Positions 22,374 to 32,349 are shown, counted from the first letter of the stretch. The stretch: 64,000 bases of DNA from an uncultured Prevotellaceae bacterium (GCA_902776545.1 CACYQO010000031.1:7161-71160), one strand, 5' to 3'. Notes: generated by a model not told the origin, from the sequence alone. Numbers and translations are program-made.

Positions 22374-22996
22374 AAATCGTATTCGCTACAAACAATCAGC
22401 ATAAACTCTCTGAGATTCGTTCAATACTTGGAGAGTCCATCGAAGTGCTGTCGCTGAAGGATATCGGCTGTGATGTGGATATCCCTGAGACTGGCAAGAC
22501 ACTTGAAGCGAATGCCCTGCAAAAGGCTCAATACGTCTATGACCACTACCATATCGACTGCTTTGCCGACGACACAGGCCTGGAGGTAGATGCCTTAGGT
22601 GGAGCACCTGGCATTTACTCAGCCAGATATGCCAGCATGGAGTCTGACAACCCGTCCATCTCCCATGATTCTGAGGCCAATATGACCCGCCTTTTAAAGG
22701 AATTAGGAAACAATAACAATCGCCGTGCAAGATTTCGCACGGTTATTGCGTTAATACAGAAGAAGAATGTCTGTCCCTGCGGTTGTACCGCTATCAAGGA
22801 TATCCATCAGTTTGAGGGCATCGTTGAGGGTGAAATCATCAGAGAGCGCAGGGGAGGAGAGGGCTTCGGCTACGACCCCATCTTCCAGCCTGACGGCTAT
22901 GACAAGACCTTCGCTGAACTTGGTATGGACATCAAGAACCACATCAGCCATCGGGCCAGAGCAGTGGCAAAACTCGCAGAGTTCCTAAAGAAGTGA
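22370..22996 (+). CDS. rdgB: non-canonical purine NTP pyrophosphatase (Ham1 family)
   Basis: [32 protein letters not shown] motifs. Confidence 0.93.
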   Translation: MKIVFATNNQHKLSEIRSILGESIEVLSLKDIGCDVDIPETGKTLEANALQKAQYVYDHYHIDCFADDTGLEVDALGGAPGIYSARYASMESDNPSISHDSEANMTRLLKELGNNNNRRARFRTVIALIQKKNVCPCGCTAIKDIHQFEGIVEGEIIRERRGGEGFGYDPIFQPDGYDKTFAELGMDIKNHISHRARAVAKLAEFLKK

Positions 22997-23092
22997 AAAG
23001 TGAGAAGTGATGAGTGAAAAGTATAGGATAAACAAAAGGATTTGGTGGTGGAGAATTCTGCCGCTACTTTTCACTTTTCACTTTTCACTTTT
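22991..23092. repeat. inverted heptamer element (GTGAAAA)n..(TTTTCAC)n without cargo gene
   Basis: Left arm contains rdgB stop and next start; right arm CTGCCGCTAC(TTTTCAC)3 encodes LLFTFHFSLF. Confidence 0.9.
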
Positions 23093-24959
23093 TGCTTCTT
23101 CTGCTCAGGTTGGCACATGGAAACATTATCTCGCCTATCATGAGGTACAGGATATCTATGCAGCTGACAATTATCTCTTCGTATTGGCATCCAACGGACT
23201 TTATCAGTATAACCTCAATGATCAGAGTATCACGACCTATGACCGTACAAATGGCCTGAACGATACCCATATCACCCATATCGGCTGGAGCCAGCAGGCC
23301 AAGCGCCTGATTGCCGTCTATGAGAATTCCAACATCGACCTCATAGATACCAAGGGAAACGTCATCAATATCTCTGCCCTGTATAGTAAGTCGACGACGG
23401 AGGATAAGACCGTTACTGACGTCCGTATCGATGGCATCTATGCCTGGCTGGTCACTGGCTTTGCCATCATCAAAGTCAATATGCAGAAGGCTGAGATTAC
23501 CGATACCTATACCCCTAACCATCCTGATTACCCCACTTCCCTTCCTGAGAAGAGCACGGCAGACTACGACAAGTATATCTCTATCGTAGAGACGCTGGAT
23601 CCCATGGGACCCGATTATAACCACTTCTATGAGGCGAAGTTCCTGAATGGGAAACTCTATACCACAGGCGGTTACTTTATCTCAGGCATTCCCGACCCAG
23701 TCTATCCTGGCATCGTACAGGTTTACGACGGCAACGACTGGACTACTTATGAGGAGAATATCAGCGAAAAGACAGGTTATCGATATATTGACATCAACTG
23801 TCTTGATGTGATGCCTGGCAATCCACAATATGTCATTGTTGGCGGACGAACAGGCATGTATGAATTCAATGACGGCAGACTTGTCAGATATCATAATAAG
23901 GACAATAGTCCATTGCGAGGTGCCATAGACAATGGCAAGCAGTTGGACAATGAATATGTACTCATCTCTGGCATGAAGTTCGACAACAATGGTCATCTCT
24001 GGGTTCTGAATAACCAGACGAAGGATGTCACCCTCTTGGAGTTTGACCCTGTAGCCAACAAATGGACTGATCATCATAATGCCGTTCTGACCAACAGCAA
24101 CGGCATCGGCAAGCACGCCTTCCGCAGTCTGATTATAGACAGTCGCGGGTTGTTGTGGTTCGTCAATGACAACTGGGTACAGCCGGCAGTCTTCTGCTGT
24201 GATATGGAGAATGACGTCATCGTGAAATACGATAACTTTGTCAATCAGGATGGTACCCGTTATAACATCAACTGGATTACCTGCGTCTGTGAAGACAAAG
24301 AAGGCAATATCTGGGTGGGTACCGATATGGGGCCGTTTATGATTCAAAAGAGTGAAGTAGGGGAGAGTAGTGTGACATTCTATCAGGTGAAGATTCCTCG
24401 CAACGATGGTACAGACTATGCTGACTATCTGTTGTCTGGTGTCAGTATCAGCAGTATTGCTATTGATGGTGGAAACCGTAAGTGGTTTGGTAGCGACAAT
24501 GCCGGTGCTTTCCTCATCAGCGCCGACAATATGCAACAGCTGCAAAGCTTCACGACGGCCAATTCCAAGTTGATCTCTGATAATATCTCCTACATCACCA
24601 TCAATCCCACGTCAGGCGAAGTGTTTTTCTTGTCAGACAGAGGACTCTGTTCTTATATCAGTGATGCCTCAGAACCAGCCGAAAGCATGGACGATGATAC
24701 GGTATATGCCTATCCTAATCCTGTCACGCCAGACTATACAGGACTGATTACCATCACTGGTCTGACCTACGATGCAGACGTAAAGATTACTTCTTCCAAC
24801 GGCGCATTGATCGCAGAAGGAAGAAGCAATGGCGGTATGTTCACTTGGGATGGTAAGGACAAAAACGGAAAGCGTGTCGCCTCTGGTGTCTATATGGTCA
24901 TCACGGCTACCTCTTCCGGCAGCAAAGGCACCGTCTGCAAGATCGCAGTAATTAACTAA
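23007..24959 (+). CDS. T9SS PorZ-like beta-propeller protein
   Basis: QVGTWKHYLAY N-terminus, propeller repeats, AYPNPV..WDG..RVASGVY C-terminal domain. Confidence 0.8.
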   Translation: MMSEKYRINKRIWWWRILPLLFTFHFSLFASSAQVGTWKHYLAYHEVQDIYAADNYLFVLASNGLYQYNLNDQSITTYDRTNGLNDTHITHIGWSQQAKRLIAVYENSNIDLIDTKGNVINISALYSKSTTEDKTVTDVRIDGIYAWLVTGFAIIKVNMQKAEITDTYTPNHPDYPTSLPEKSTADYDKYISIVETLDPMGPDYNHFYEAKFLNGKLYTTGGYFISGIPDPVYPGIVQVYDGNDWTTYEENISEKTGYRYIDINCLDVMPGNPQYVIVGGRTGMYEFNDGRLVRYHNKDNSPLRGAIDNGKQLDNEYVLISGMKFDNNGHLWVLNNQTKDVTLLEFDPVANKWTDHHNAVLTNSNGIGKHAFRSLIIDSRGLLWFVNDNWVQPAVFCCDMENDVIVKYDNFVNQDGTRYNINWITCVCEDKEGNIWVGTDMGPFMIQKSEVGESSVTFYQVKIPRNDGTDYADYLLSGVSISSIAIDGGNRKWFGSDNAGAFLISADNMQQLQSFTTANSKLISDNISYITINPTSGEVFFLSDRGLCSYISDASEPAESMDDDTVYAYPNPVTPDYTGLITITGLTYDADVKITSSNGALIAEGRSNGGMFTWDGKDKNGKRVASGVYMVITATSSGSKGTVCKIAVIN

Positions 24960-25944
24960 GCTCCAGCATCCTGTTAATCGGCTTCACAGCCTCTTTCGCT
25001 ATCTCAGGATCCACCTCTACCGATGGCCAACCATACTTCAAGGTATTGTATATCTTCAATAAGGTGTTCATCTTCATATACTGACACTCGTTACAACTGC
25101 ATTCCAGGCCGCTCTCGCTGATTTCAGGAGGCACGGGGATAAATTCCTTACTGGGACACGTTCGCTGCATCTCGTGCAAAATACCGGCCTCTGTGGCCAC
25201 GATAAATTGCTGCTTGTCACTCTGCTGCGCATAATTCAGCATCGTAGCCGTCGATCCCTTCACATCAGCCAAGGCCAAGACAGGACCCTTACACTCCAGA
25301 TGAGCCATCACCACAGCCTCAGGATACTGTTGTTTCAACTCTAATATCTTATTGACTGAGAAACGCTCATGCACATGACAACCGCCATTCCAGAGCAACA
25401 TCTCACGACCTGTCACCTCATTGATATAATTACCAAGGTTATAGTCAGGACCAAAGATCAGTTTGGCATCCTTCGGCAACTGATCCACGACCTTCTTGGC
25501 ATTACCAGAGGTCACCACCACATCCGTCAGAGCCTTCACAGCTGCCGTCGTATTAACATAACTGACGACCTGATAACCGGGATGCTCCTCTTTATATTTC
25601 TTCAGATCCTCAGCCTTGCAGGAGTCAGCCAAAGAGCAGCCTGCATTCAGATCAGGACAGAGCACAGTCTTATCCGGAGAGAGCAGTTTACAGGTCTCTG
25701 CCATAAAATGCACACCACACATGACCATGATCTTTGCATCCGTCTCTGCAGCCTTACGCGCCAACGCTAACGAATCACCCACAAAGTCGGCTATCTCCTG
25801 AATATCGCCGATGGTATAGTAGTGAGCCAGGATGATGGCATCCTTCTCTTCACACATCTTACGGATTTCTGCTTTAAGGTCAATGCCTTCAGCTACTGGT
25901 TCATCAATGAATCCTTGTTCTTTCCACTCCTTTTTCAACATCAC
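24952..25944 (-). CDS. nadA: quinolinate synthase
   Basis: ILAHYY, GDSL, CGVHFMAE, GCSLA, YVNT, CHVH, C..MK motifs. Confidence 0.95.
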   Translation of the reverse strand: MMLKKEWKEQGFIDEPVAEGIDLKAEIRKMCEEKDAIILAHYYTIGDIQEIADFVGDSLALARKAAETDAKIMVMCGVHFMAETCKLLSPDKTVLCPDLNAGCSLADSCKAEDLKKYKEEHPGYQVVSYVNTTAAVKALTDVVVTSGNAKKVVDQLPKDAKLIFGPDYNLGNYINEVTGREMLLWNGGCHVHERFSVNKILELKQQYPEAVVMAHLECKGPVLALADVKGSTATMLNYAQQSDKQQFIVATEAGILHEMQRTCPSKEFIPVPPEISESGLECSCNECQYMKMNTLLKIYNTLKYGWPSVEVDPEIAKEAVKPINRMLELS

Positions 25945-26015
25945 ATAAATATTTTAATCTTTTAATTTTTAAATTTTGAATAAGAGAATATAAGTATGAT
26001 AGGCCGTGAATATCT

Positions 26016-26086
26016 TGATAACTTTTTGCCCCTTTCCTTGTTTATGAAGTAATCATCTATAAACTATAAACTTATCAACTATAAAC
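26016..26086. repeat. degenerate single-arm copy of the CTATAAA heptamer element
   Basis: GAAGTAATCATCTATAAACTATAAAC shared with 45291-45316 and, inverted, with 41894-41919. Confidence 0.75.
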
Positions 26087-26125
26087 ATTAATTGTTTCTT
26101 TCTGATTCTCAGCCGTTCAATGACT

Positions 26126-26311
26126 TTATCCACAATTCTCTTTTTCGGTGCAAAATTAATAAGTTTATATCTTTTTTCAGCAAAAAAGCGTGGAAATCTT
26201 TCAAATTACCTGTGAATAAACCTATTGATATCCCATTATCCGCCCCTCTTCTGGTCGTTTTGTGGATAACTGAACACATTTTCCACAGAGTTATCAACAC
26301 ACTTATCAACA
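26126..26311. other. DnaA-box cluster, putative replication origin oriC
   Basis: TTATCCACA 26126, TGTGAATAA 26211, TGTGGATAA 26261, TTTTCCACA 26279, TTATCAACA 26291 and 26303 in an AT-rich divergent intergenic region. Confidence 0.75.
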
Positions 26312-26389
26312 ATATTTTATAAAATTATCCGTTATGCATAATGAATTAAGAAATTATTGATTATCTTTGCAACAAAAATAGGAACGCTT

Positions 26390-27115
26390 ATGAAAAAGAA
26401 GAGTATTATCTGGTCTAAAATGACCTTCGTTGTTGCTTGTGCTATTTTATTGTGTGCGACTGCCTGCCGTCAGAAGTCATCGTCTGAAGGAGGCAAGCAA
26501 CTCTCTGCTGAGGATTATGCCAAGAAGATGGCTACAGCTGCGGCCGATAGTGCAGCATCAGAGGCAAAGGAAGCGGTGGGAGACACGGCATTGTTCTCTT
26601 TTGCTATGGCGATGGAGATTGTACAGCCTGGATATAAGTGCGACGAGAAGTTCTTTGCCAGTCTCTTTGGCGACCTCGATCTGCCAATGCAGTATTCAGA
26701 GCGGTATATCTCTGACGCCGACTGGGGTGGCGACAGTCCGGCCATCAGCTACTGTTTCGGCAATAATGTGAATTATGATAACTTTAAGTTCACGTCGACT
26801 GGAAAGCCTTACTATGGTGTACACTTCAATTTCTTCTTCGACGAGTCGCGTAAGACAGGCCGGGTAAGGCAATTCAGCATCATCACTTCCAGTGGTGCTT
26901 GGTATGATAAGTTTATGGCTGATATGAAGGCCGACGGTCTGAAATACGTGTCAAACGTCGATCCGCAAGTCTACGGCAAGAAGGGGAAAATGTATCATAA
27001 GAAGGGTGAGCCAAACGAGCATACCACCGAACAGCCCTTCTATTATGTCTATGATTTCTCTGTCGAGGGTGTGTATGATGTAGAGGTAGGCTACGATGAT
27101 GGCATGGATATTTAG
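26390..27115 (+). CDS. hypothetical lipoprotein
   Basis: Lipobox ATAC; -7 box TATCTTTG at 26362. Confidence 0.7.
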   Translation: MKKKSIIWSKMTFVVACAILLCATACRQKSSSEGGKQLSAEDYAKKMATAAADSAASEAKEAVGDTALFSFAMAMEIVQPGYKCDEKFFASLFGDLDLPMQYSERYISDADWGGDSPAISYCFGNNVNYDNFKFTSTGKPYYGVHFNFFFDESRKTGRVRQFSIITSSGAWYDKFMADMKADGLKYVSNVDPQVYGKKGKMYHKKGEPNEHTTEQPFYYVYDFSVEGVYDVEVGYDDGMDI

Positions 27116-27134
27116 TTTATAATTTATAGGTATT

Positions 27135-27758
27135 ATGAGAAAAATAGTATTTATATTCGCCATGCTGATGGCGACATTGACTATCAAGGCCCAGTATGAA
27201 GAGGGTGACATTCTGATTCAGCCGAGAGTAGGTGTCACTATTTCTAATGTCACCGACGGCGACAAGTCGAAACTCAACGTCACCTATGGTGTGGACTTTG
27301 AGAGATTCTTAACAGATCAGCTCAGTTTCACCGCTGGCGTGCTGTTTACTGATCAGGGATGTAAGTATGAAATATACTATGACACAGATGGAAGCCAATA
27401 TGATGATACCGTAATGAATTTGTATTATGGAGCCATCCCCATCACCGCCAATTACTATATCCTGCCAGGTCTGGCCCTGAAGGCTGGCATTCAGCCTGCT
27501 TTCCGTGTGAAGGCAAACATTCAGCATGGAAATGAAAAGTTGGACTTTGACAAGATGTTGTCATTGCTGTTTCCTGGAGAAGATGTTAAGATGAACACAT
27601 TCGACCTGTCTTTTCCTGTAGGCCTCTCCTTTGAGTATAACAGGGTGACGATCGATGCACGTTATAACATAGGTGTGACAAAACTGCTCTCAGGCAGTAC
27701 CGACGCTATCCATAACAAAGTGTTCGCCATCACGCTTGGCTATAAATTCAGCTTGTAA
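27135..27758 (+). CDS. porin/PorT-like outer membrane beta-barrel protein
   Basis: Signal peptide; IPITANYY, GIQP, DARYNIG, LGYKF motifs. Confidence 0.8.
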   Translation: MRKIVFIFAMLMATLTIKAQYEEGDILIQPRVGVTISNVTDGDKSKLNVTYGVDFERFLTDQLSFTAGVLFTDQGCKYEIYYDTDGSQYDDTVMNLYYGAIPITANYYILPGLALKAGIQPAFRVKANIQHGNEKLDFDKMLSLLFPGEDVKMNTFDLSFPVGLSFEYNRVTIDARYNIGVTKLLSGSTDAIHNKVFAITLGYKFSL

Positions 27759-27759
27759 T

Positions 27760-28231
27760 TTGAAGAAACTTCGTACGATAGAGATGCAGCGCCTCACGGT
27801 GGAGGAGTTCCGCGAGGCCGAGAAACTGCCGCTGGTGGTGGTGCTCGACGATGTGCGGTCGATGCACAACGTGGGCAGTGTCTTTCGCACGGGCGATGCC
27901 TTCCGCGTTGAGGCTGTCTATCTCTGCGGCATCACCTCTACGCCTCCCAGCACTGAGATTCACAAGACCGCCTTGGGGGCTGAGGACAGCGTCACCTGGC
28001 ACTATTACCCTACGGCTCTTGAGGCTCTTGAGTCCTTGAAGTCTGCGGGCTATGAAATCTTCTCTGTCGAACAGGCTCATGGTTCCACGATGCTCCAGAC
28101 GTTCTCGCCCGCTCCTGATAAGAAATACGCTGTCGTTCTCGGCAACGAAGTCAAGGGCGTCCATCAGGAAGTCGTTGATGCTTCTGACGGCTGTCATCTG
28201 GCACTTCGCAAAGAATCTCCAGACAAAATAA
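27760..28231 (+). pseudogene. TrmH/SpoU RNA methyltransferase with internal frameshifting deletion at about 28195
   Basis: VVLDDVRSMHNVGSVFRT and VLGNEVKG present; EIPQ..SLNV motif missing; probable C-terminus IWHFAKNLQTK* in a shifted frame. Confidence 0.8.
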
Positions 28232-28531
28232 AAAAGACACTAAGACGCTCAGACGTTTAAGACTGTCTAAACATCTGCTTTCAAAATTTTAATCCTCGCC
28301 TTTAAAGCGTCTTAACGTCTTAGCGTCTTTTTCATTTTTATCCATACGCCCACACTCACACACCAAATTGCGCGTACCTTATATATAATATATAATAATA
28401 TTAATATATATTAACTATTATCTCTCTCTGACCCTCTCTGTCATCCAAAAAGACCTTAAGACGTTCAGACGTTCAGACGCCCTCCTGACCTCTTACCGCC
28501 TCAAACGTCTTACCGTCTTTGCGTCTTTTTT
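28231..28531. repeat. two inverted 8-mer (AGACGTTC/AAGACGCT) arrays flanking an AT-rich spacer
   Basis: 28231-28332 and 28447-28531, each AAAAAGAC..(AGACG)n ... (CGTCT)n..TTTTT. Confidence 0.8.
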
Positions 28532-28641
28532 ATGATGCAATAAACAAGACCATTTAAGAGCATTTAACGTCCTAAGATACAAGATTCTACACATTTTATC
28601 GTTAATAAGGGAAATACATTAACAATACAGCATAGTAAGAA

Positions 28642-29289
28642 ATGAAAAAAATGAAACTTAGGAGAAACATTTTCGTAATGATTGCTGCCTTCTCACTTGC
28701 CTCTTGCAGCAGCAATGAACTGGAATACGCTGACGTAGAAGCGCACGAGAAAACGGAAGCTTTACAAGAGAAATACGTACCGCTTATTGTCGGCTCGTGG
28801 TACAAAGAAAGCATCAACGACAAACAGCGCTTCTATGAACAGCTGACATTCAATGCCGATGGAACGCTGACTGGTATGCGTAAGTGGCAAAGCCGCAACC
28901 TCGTTACTGTCGATGGTGAGGAGCGCTATACCGACTGGGAAGACGTTGAGCAGGAGAATGGATCGTTCTTTGGCAGTTGGAAGCTGGAATGGGGGCGTGA
29001 CATCAATGGCGAGGGCCGCTATACCGACTGGGAAGACGTTGAGCAGGAGAATGGATCGTTCTTTGGCAGTTGGAAGCTGGAATGGGGGCGTGACATCAAT
29101 GGCGAGGGCCGCAACGAGATAATCCTTTATGCCAAATACGATAACTTGGAGAATAACTTTCTCGCTTATAGCCATAATGCGCTATTCAACTTTGCTGACA
29201 ACAACACACTCAGTTTCAAAGGTTTCGTATTCAACAACGATGACAAATGGTCTGTCTACCATCGCGGCGAGGCAGTCCCTGGATTCTAA
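28642..29289 (+). CDS. hypothetical lipoprotein with 31-aa tandem duplication
   Basis: Lipobox LASC; IVGSWY lipocalin-like start. Confidence 0.75.
   Translation: MKKMKLRRNIFVMIAAFSLASCSSNELEYADVEAHEKTEALQEKYVPLIVGSWYKESINDKQRFYEQLTFNADGTLTGMRKWQSRNLVTVDGEERYTDWEDVEQENGSFFGSWKLEWGRDINGEGRYTDWEDVEQENGSFFGSWKLEWGRDINGEGRNEIILYAKYDNLENNFLAYSHNALFNFADNNTLSFKGFVFNNDDKWSVYHRGEAVPGF
28924..29112 (+). repeat. perfect 93-bp tandem duplication
   Basis: 28924-29016 identical to 29017-29109. Confidence 0.95.
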
Positions 29290-29320
29290 TCGGGCATTCG
29301 TTGAGTGCTTAATAAATTAA

Positions 29321-29371
29321 GGTGGGACATATCCAATCGTCGGGGATGTTCTCAAACGTTGTTCTTGCGGG
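29321..29371. repeat. 51-bp direct repeat of an internal rubredoxin segment (32216-32266)
   Basis: 5 mismatches; 26-bp identical core CCAATCGTCGGGGATGTTCTCAAACG. Confidence 0.9.
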
Positions 29372-30287
29372 AACTTAAACCTCTAAAATAGTCAATAGTT
29401 TTGGATATTCCTTCCTCAAATATTGTTTTCGGCGAGAAACCTGTATCTCTTTTTAATGCAGAAATGTCCATCATTTGATTGTCAATCCTATTAGGATTCT
29501 TATAGGGAATGTCGCCAATGCCTAAGGATAAGTTGGGGTTGATGATCTGATGGATAATTCCCACATATTCGCTCATTTTCCTGTGCTTGCCGGATCCAAT
29601 GGGATAGACATAGCTTTTACCTTTATCGCCCAATGCGACAAGTGCCTCAATCAGGTCGTCAATATACAGGTAGTCCCATTGCTGCTCTAATTTGGTGAAA
29701 GAAGGCTTTTCCCCTCTCAGCAACGTCTTGATAGCGTATGAAATCAGGTTGTTATCGTCTCTTCCTGGGCCGTATATGCTTGTAATGAGTGGCCAGATGA
29801 GAGCTATGTCATGTTGGTGAGCATAGGTCTGGCAAAGATAACGGGTAGCCACTTTTGTTGCACTATAAATATCAGACGGAGCAGGACTTTCCTTACCTGT
29901 AATCATGCCGTCACCGCACGACACCTCTGCTGCACTTCCTGGAATCAAGACCTTCCAACATCTTATATGTTTTGCAAGCTTCAGGATATCAAGACAATAT
30001 TTGATGTTTTGCAACTGCTCATCTTCATTATTCCTGTAGCTTGCATGGACGCCTGACCATGCTAAATGATACACTATATCAGAATCTTTCAGTCTTTCGT
30101 CAGAGTAAAGACTATCAATATTCTGTAGAGAAAAGGCAATAATTGTAACGTTTGACAATTCCTTAATAAATGAGTAATCAAAGCGGGGATCCACCAATGC
30201 GATGACCTCAACACCCATTTCATTCATTCTCTTCACAAGATGACTACCGATAAAGCCATTAGCACCGGTAATGATTACTTTTTGCAT
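29352..30287 (-). CDS. NAD-dependent epimerase/dehydratase (NDP-sugar reductase-like)
   Basis: TGANGFIG, YHLAW, YSATK, IYGPG motifs. Confidence 0.88.
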   Translation of the reverse strand: MQKVIITGANGFIGSHLVKRMNEMGVEVIALVDPRFDYSFIKELSNVTIIAFSLQNIDSLYSDERLKDSDIVYHLAWSGVHASYRNNEDEQLQNIKYCLDILKLAKHIRCWKVLIPGSAAEVSCGDGMITGKESPAPSDIYSATKVATRYLCQTYAHQHDIALIWPLITSIYGPGRDDNNLISYAIKTLLRGEKPSFTKLEQQWDYLYIDDLIEALVALGDKGKSYVYPIGSGKHRKMSEYVGIIHQIINPNLSLGIGDIPYKNPNRIDNQMMDISALKRDTGFSPKTIFEEGISKTIDYFRGLSSRKNNV

Positions 30288-31360
30288 GATACAAAGGTGT
30301 TAATCTGCTCTACACAGAGGTTAAATACATTCTCCATCTGATATCTCTTATACCATTCTGCCGTCAGCTGGCAGCATTGTTCAATATTGGTACGAGGCTC
30401 CCACCCTAACTGAAATTTGGCCTTACTGATATCCAGCATCAGAAGATTGGCTTCATGGAGTGCATTTGGATCAGAAGCATCCGTCAATTCTCCCTTTCCA
30501 TAGTATTTAGTCAACATAGTAGCAACGTCCCATACAGGAGTGATACTCTCTGTCCGAGGACCAAAATTCCAACCTTCACAGTATTTTGTTGGCTCTTGAA
30601 GCATCTTCGCAGCAAGAAGCAAATAACCAGAAAGGGGTTCAAGAACATGTTGCCATGGACGGATGGCTTTCGGGCTTCTTATGTCAATAGGCTTATCGGC
30701 CTCCAATGCCCTAATGCAGTCAGGTACAATGCGATCCTTGGCCCAGTCACCGCCGCCAACCACATTACCTGCTCTGGCACTGGCTATTGCTACATGATGT
30801 TTTTTACCATAGTCAACAGGATTGAAGAAACTCTTACGCCAAGAGTTAATGGCAATCTCTGCAGCTCCCTTTGAGGACGAATAGGGATCATAGCCTCCCA
30901 TGGGTTCATTCTCACGATAACCCCATATCTGCTCCCTGTTCTCATAGCATTTATCGGTAGTAATCATCACCACTGCTTTTACTGAGTCTGTAGCTCGTGA
31001 GGCTTCCATGATATTGATGGAACCCATCACATTGGTTTCATAGGTCTCAACGGGAATCTCATAACTGAGACGGACCAAAGGCTGAGCTGCCAAATGGAAG
31101 ACAATTTCGGGCTGGTACTTCGCAAAGATATCTTTCATTTTCTGGGCATCACGAATATCAGCGCGAATGTCAGCCTTTATCTTTTCTCCAATCTTAGAAA
31201 GAACATAGTTGTCTTTCTTTGTCAACGGCTCTAAACCTACACCAACGACTTCTGCTCCCAATTCAAGGAGCCAGATACTGAGCCAGGAACCTTTAAAGCC
31301 AGTATGCCCAGTCACCAATACACGCTTTCCCTTGAAAGCCCCATTATAAATATCTACCAT
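30275..31360 (-). CDS. rfbG: CDP-glucose 4,6-dehydratase
   Basis: TGHTGFKGSW, HLAAQPLVR, TTDKCY, DPYSSSK, RPWQHVLEP motifs. Confidence 0.95.
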   Translation of the reverse strand: MVDIYNGAFKGKRVLVTGHTGFKGSWLSIWLLELGAEVVGVGLEPLTKKDNYVLSKIGEKIKADIRADIRDAQKMKDIFAKYQPEIVFHLAAQPLVRLSYEIPVETYETNVMGSINIMEASRATDSVKAVVMITTDKCYENREQIWGYRENEPMGGYDPYSSSKGAAEIAINSWRKSFFNPVDYGKKHHVAIASARAGNVVGGGDWAKDRIVPDCIRALEADKPIDIRSPKAIRPWQHVLEPLSGYLLLAAKMLQEPTKYCEGWNFGPRTESITPVWDVATMLTKYYGKGELTDASDPNALHEANLLMLDISKAKFQLGWEPRTNIEQCCQLTAEWYKRYQMENVFNLCVEQINTFVSCKK

Positions 31361-32133
31361 ACTTTCCAAGGGGCATTTCCTGTTGCCCACATCTTTTCCA
31401 AATCCATATTATCTTTCAGCATATCCATCGGCTTCCAGAAACCACGATGTTTATAAGCATGCATATCTCCTGCCGCTGCCATATTCTGCAATGGCTGACG
31501 TTCAAACATCACCGGGTCTGCATCCTCAGGCAGATAGTCGAACACTTTTGGCTCACAAACAAAGAATCCAGCGTTAATCCAATTTCCTTCTCCATCAGGT
31601 TTCTCTTCAAAACTTTGTACGACATTTGTTAGTGGGTCAATATGTACAGAACCAAAACGCCCTGCGGGTTTATATACCGTCATAGATATAGCCTTACCAC
31701 TTTCCCTGTGTGCTTTCAGCGTGTCTGTAATATCAAGGTCTGACACGCCGTCACCATAGGTCAAGCAGAACGTCTCGTTCCCTACATACTTCTGGATTCT
31801 TTTCAGCCTGCCTGCAGTCATGGTGTCTAGTCCTGTATCTACAACGGTCACTTTCCAGTTCTCTGAATGATTCTCCAGCAACTGGAAAGAATTATCAGAC
31901 AAATTGAATGTCACATCTGTATTCAATATGAAATAATTCATGAAATACTCTTTAATGACATTCTGTTTATACCCGGCACAAATAATAAACTCATTGATAC
32001 CGTGAGCAGAATATATTTTCATGATATGCCAAAGTATGGGTTTTCCCCCGATCTCTATCATGGGCTTTGGCATATATTGGGTCTTCTCACTAAAACGGGT
32101 GCCCAATCCACCTGCAAATATGACTGCTTTCAT
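31354..32133 (-). CDS. rfbF: glucose-1-phosphate cytidylyltransferase
   Basis: AGGLGTR, PKPMIEIGGKPILWHIMK, TYGDG, GFWKPMD motifs. Confidence 0.95.
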   Translation of the reverse strand: MKAVIFAGGLGTRFSEKTQYMPKPMIEIGGKPILWHIMKIYSAHGINEFIICAGYKQNVIKEYFMNYFILNTDVTFNLSDNSFQLLENHSENWKVTVVDTGLDTMTAGRLKRIQKYVGNETFCLTYGDGVSDLDITDTLKAHRESGKAISMTVYKPAGRFGSVHIDPLTNVVQSFEEKPDGEGNWINAGFFVCEPKVFDYLPEDADPVMFERQPLQNMAAAGDMHAYKHRGFWKPMDMLKDNMDLEKMWATGNAPWKVW

Positions 32134-32143
32134 TTGATAATTC

Positions 32144-32169
32144 TAAGGTGGCAACAATGTGCCACCTTA
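32144..32169 (-). terminator. hairpin downstream of rubredoxin
   Basis: TAAGGTGGCA-acaatg-TGCCACCTTA 10-bp stem. Confidence 0.55.
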
Positions 32170-32179
32170 TTAATAATAA

Positions 32180-32335
32180 TTACTCGGGTTTGAAATCACT
32201 CTTGCCGACGCCGCAGATGGGGCATACCCAATCGTCGGGGATGTTCTCAAACGCTGTTCCTGCGGGGATGCCGCCATCGGGATCACCTACTGCGGGGTCG
32301 TAGACGTAACCGCAAATTTCACAAATGTACTTCAT
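32180..32335 (-). CDS. rubredoxin (51 aa; below ORF-track cutoff)
   Basis: Hand translation [51 protein letters not shown]; two CxxCG motifs. Confidence 0.95.
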   Translation of the reverse strand: MKYICEICGYVYDPAVGDPDGGIPAGTAFENIPDDWVCPICGVGKSDFKPE

Positions 32336-32349
32336 AAGCTTTTAAATGT

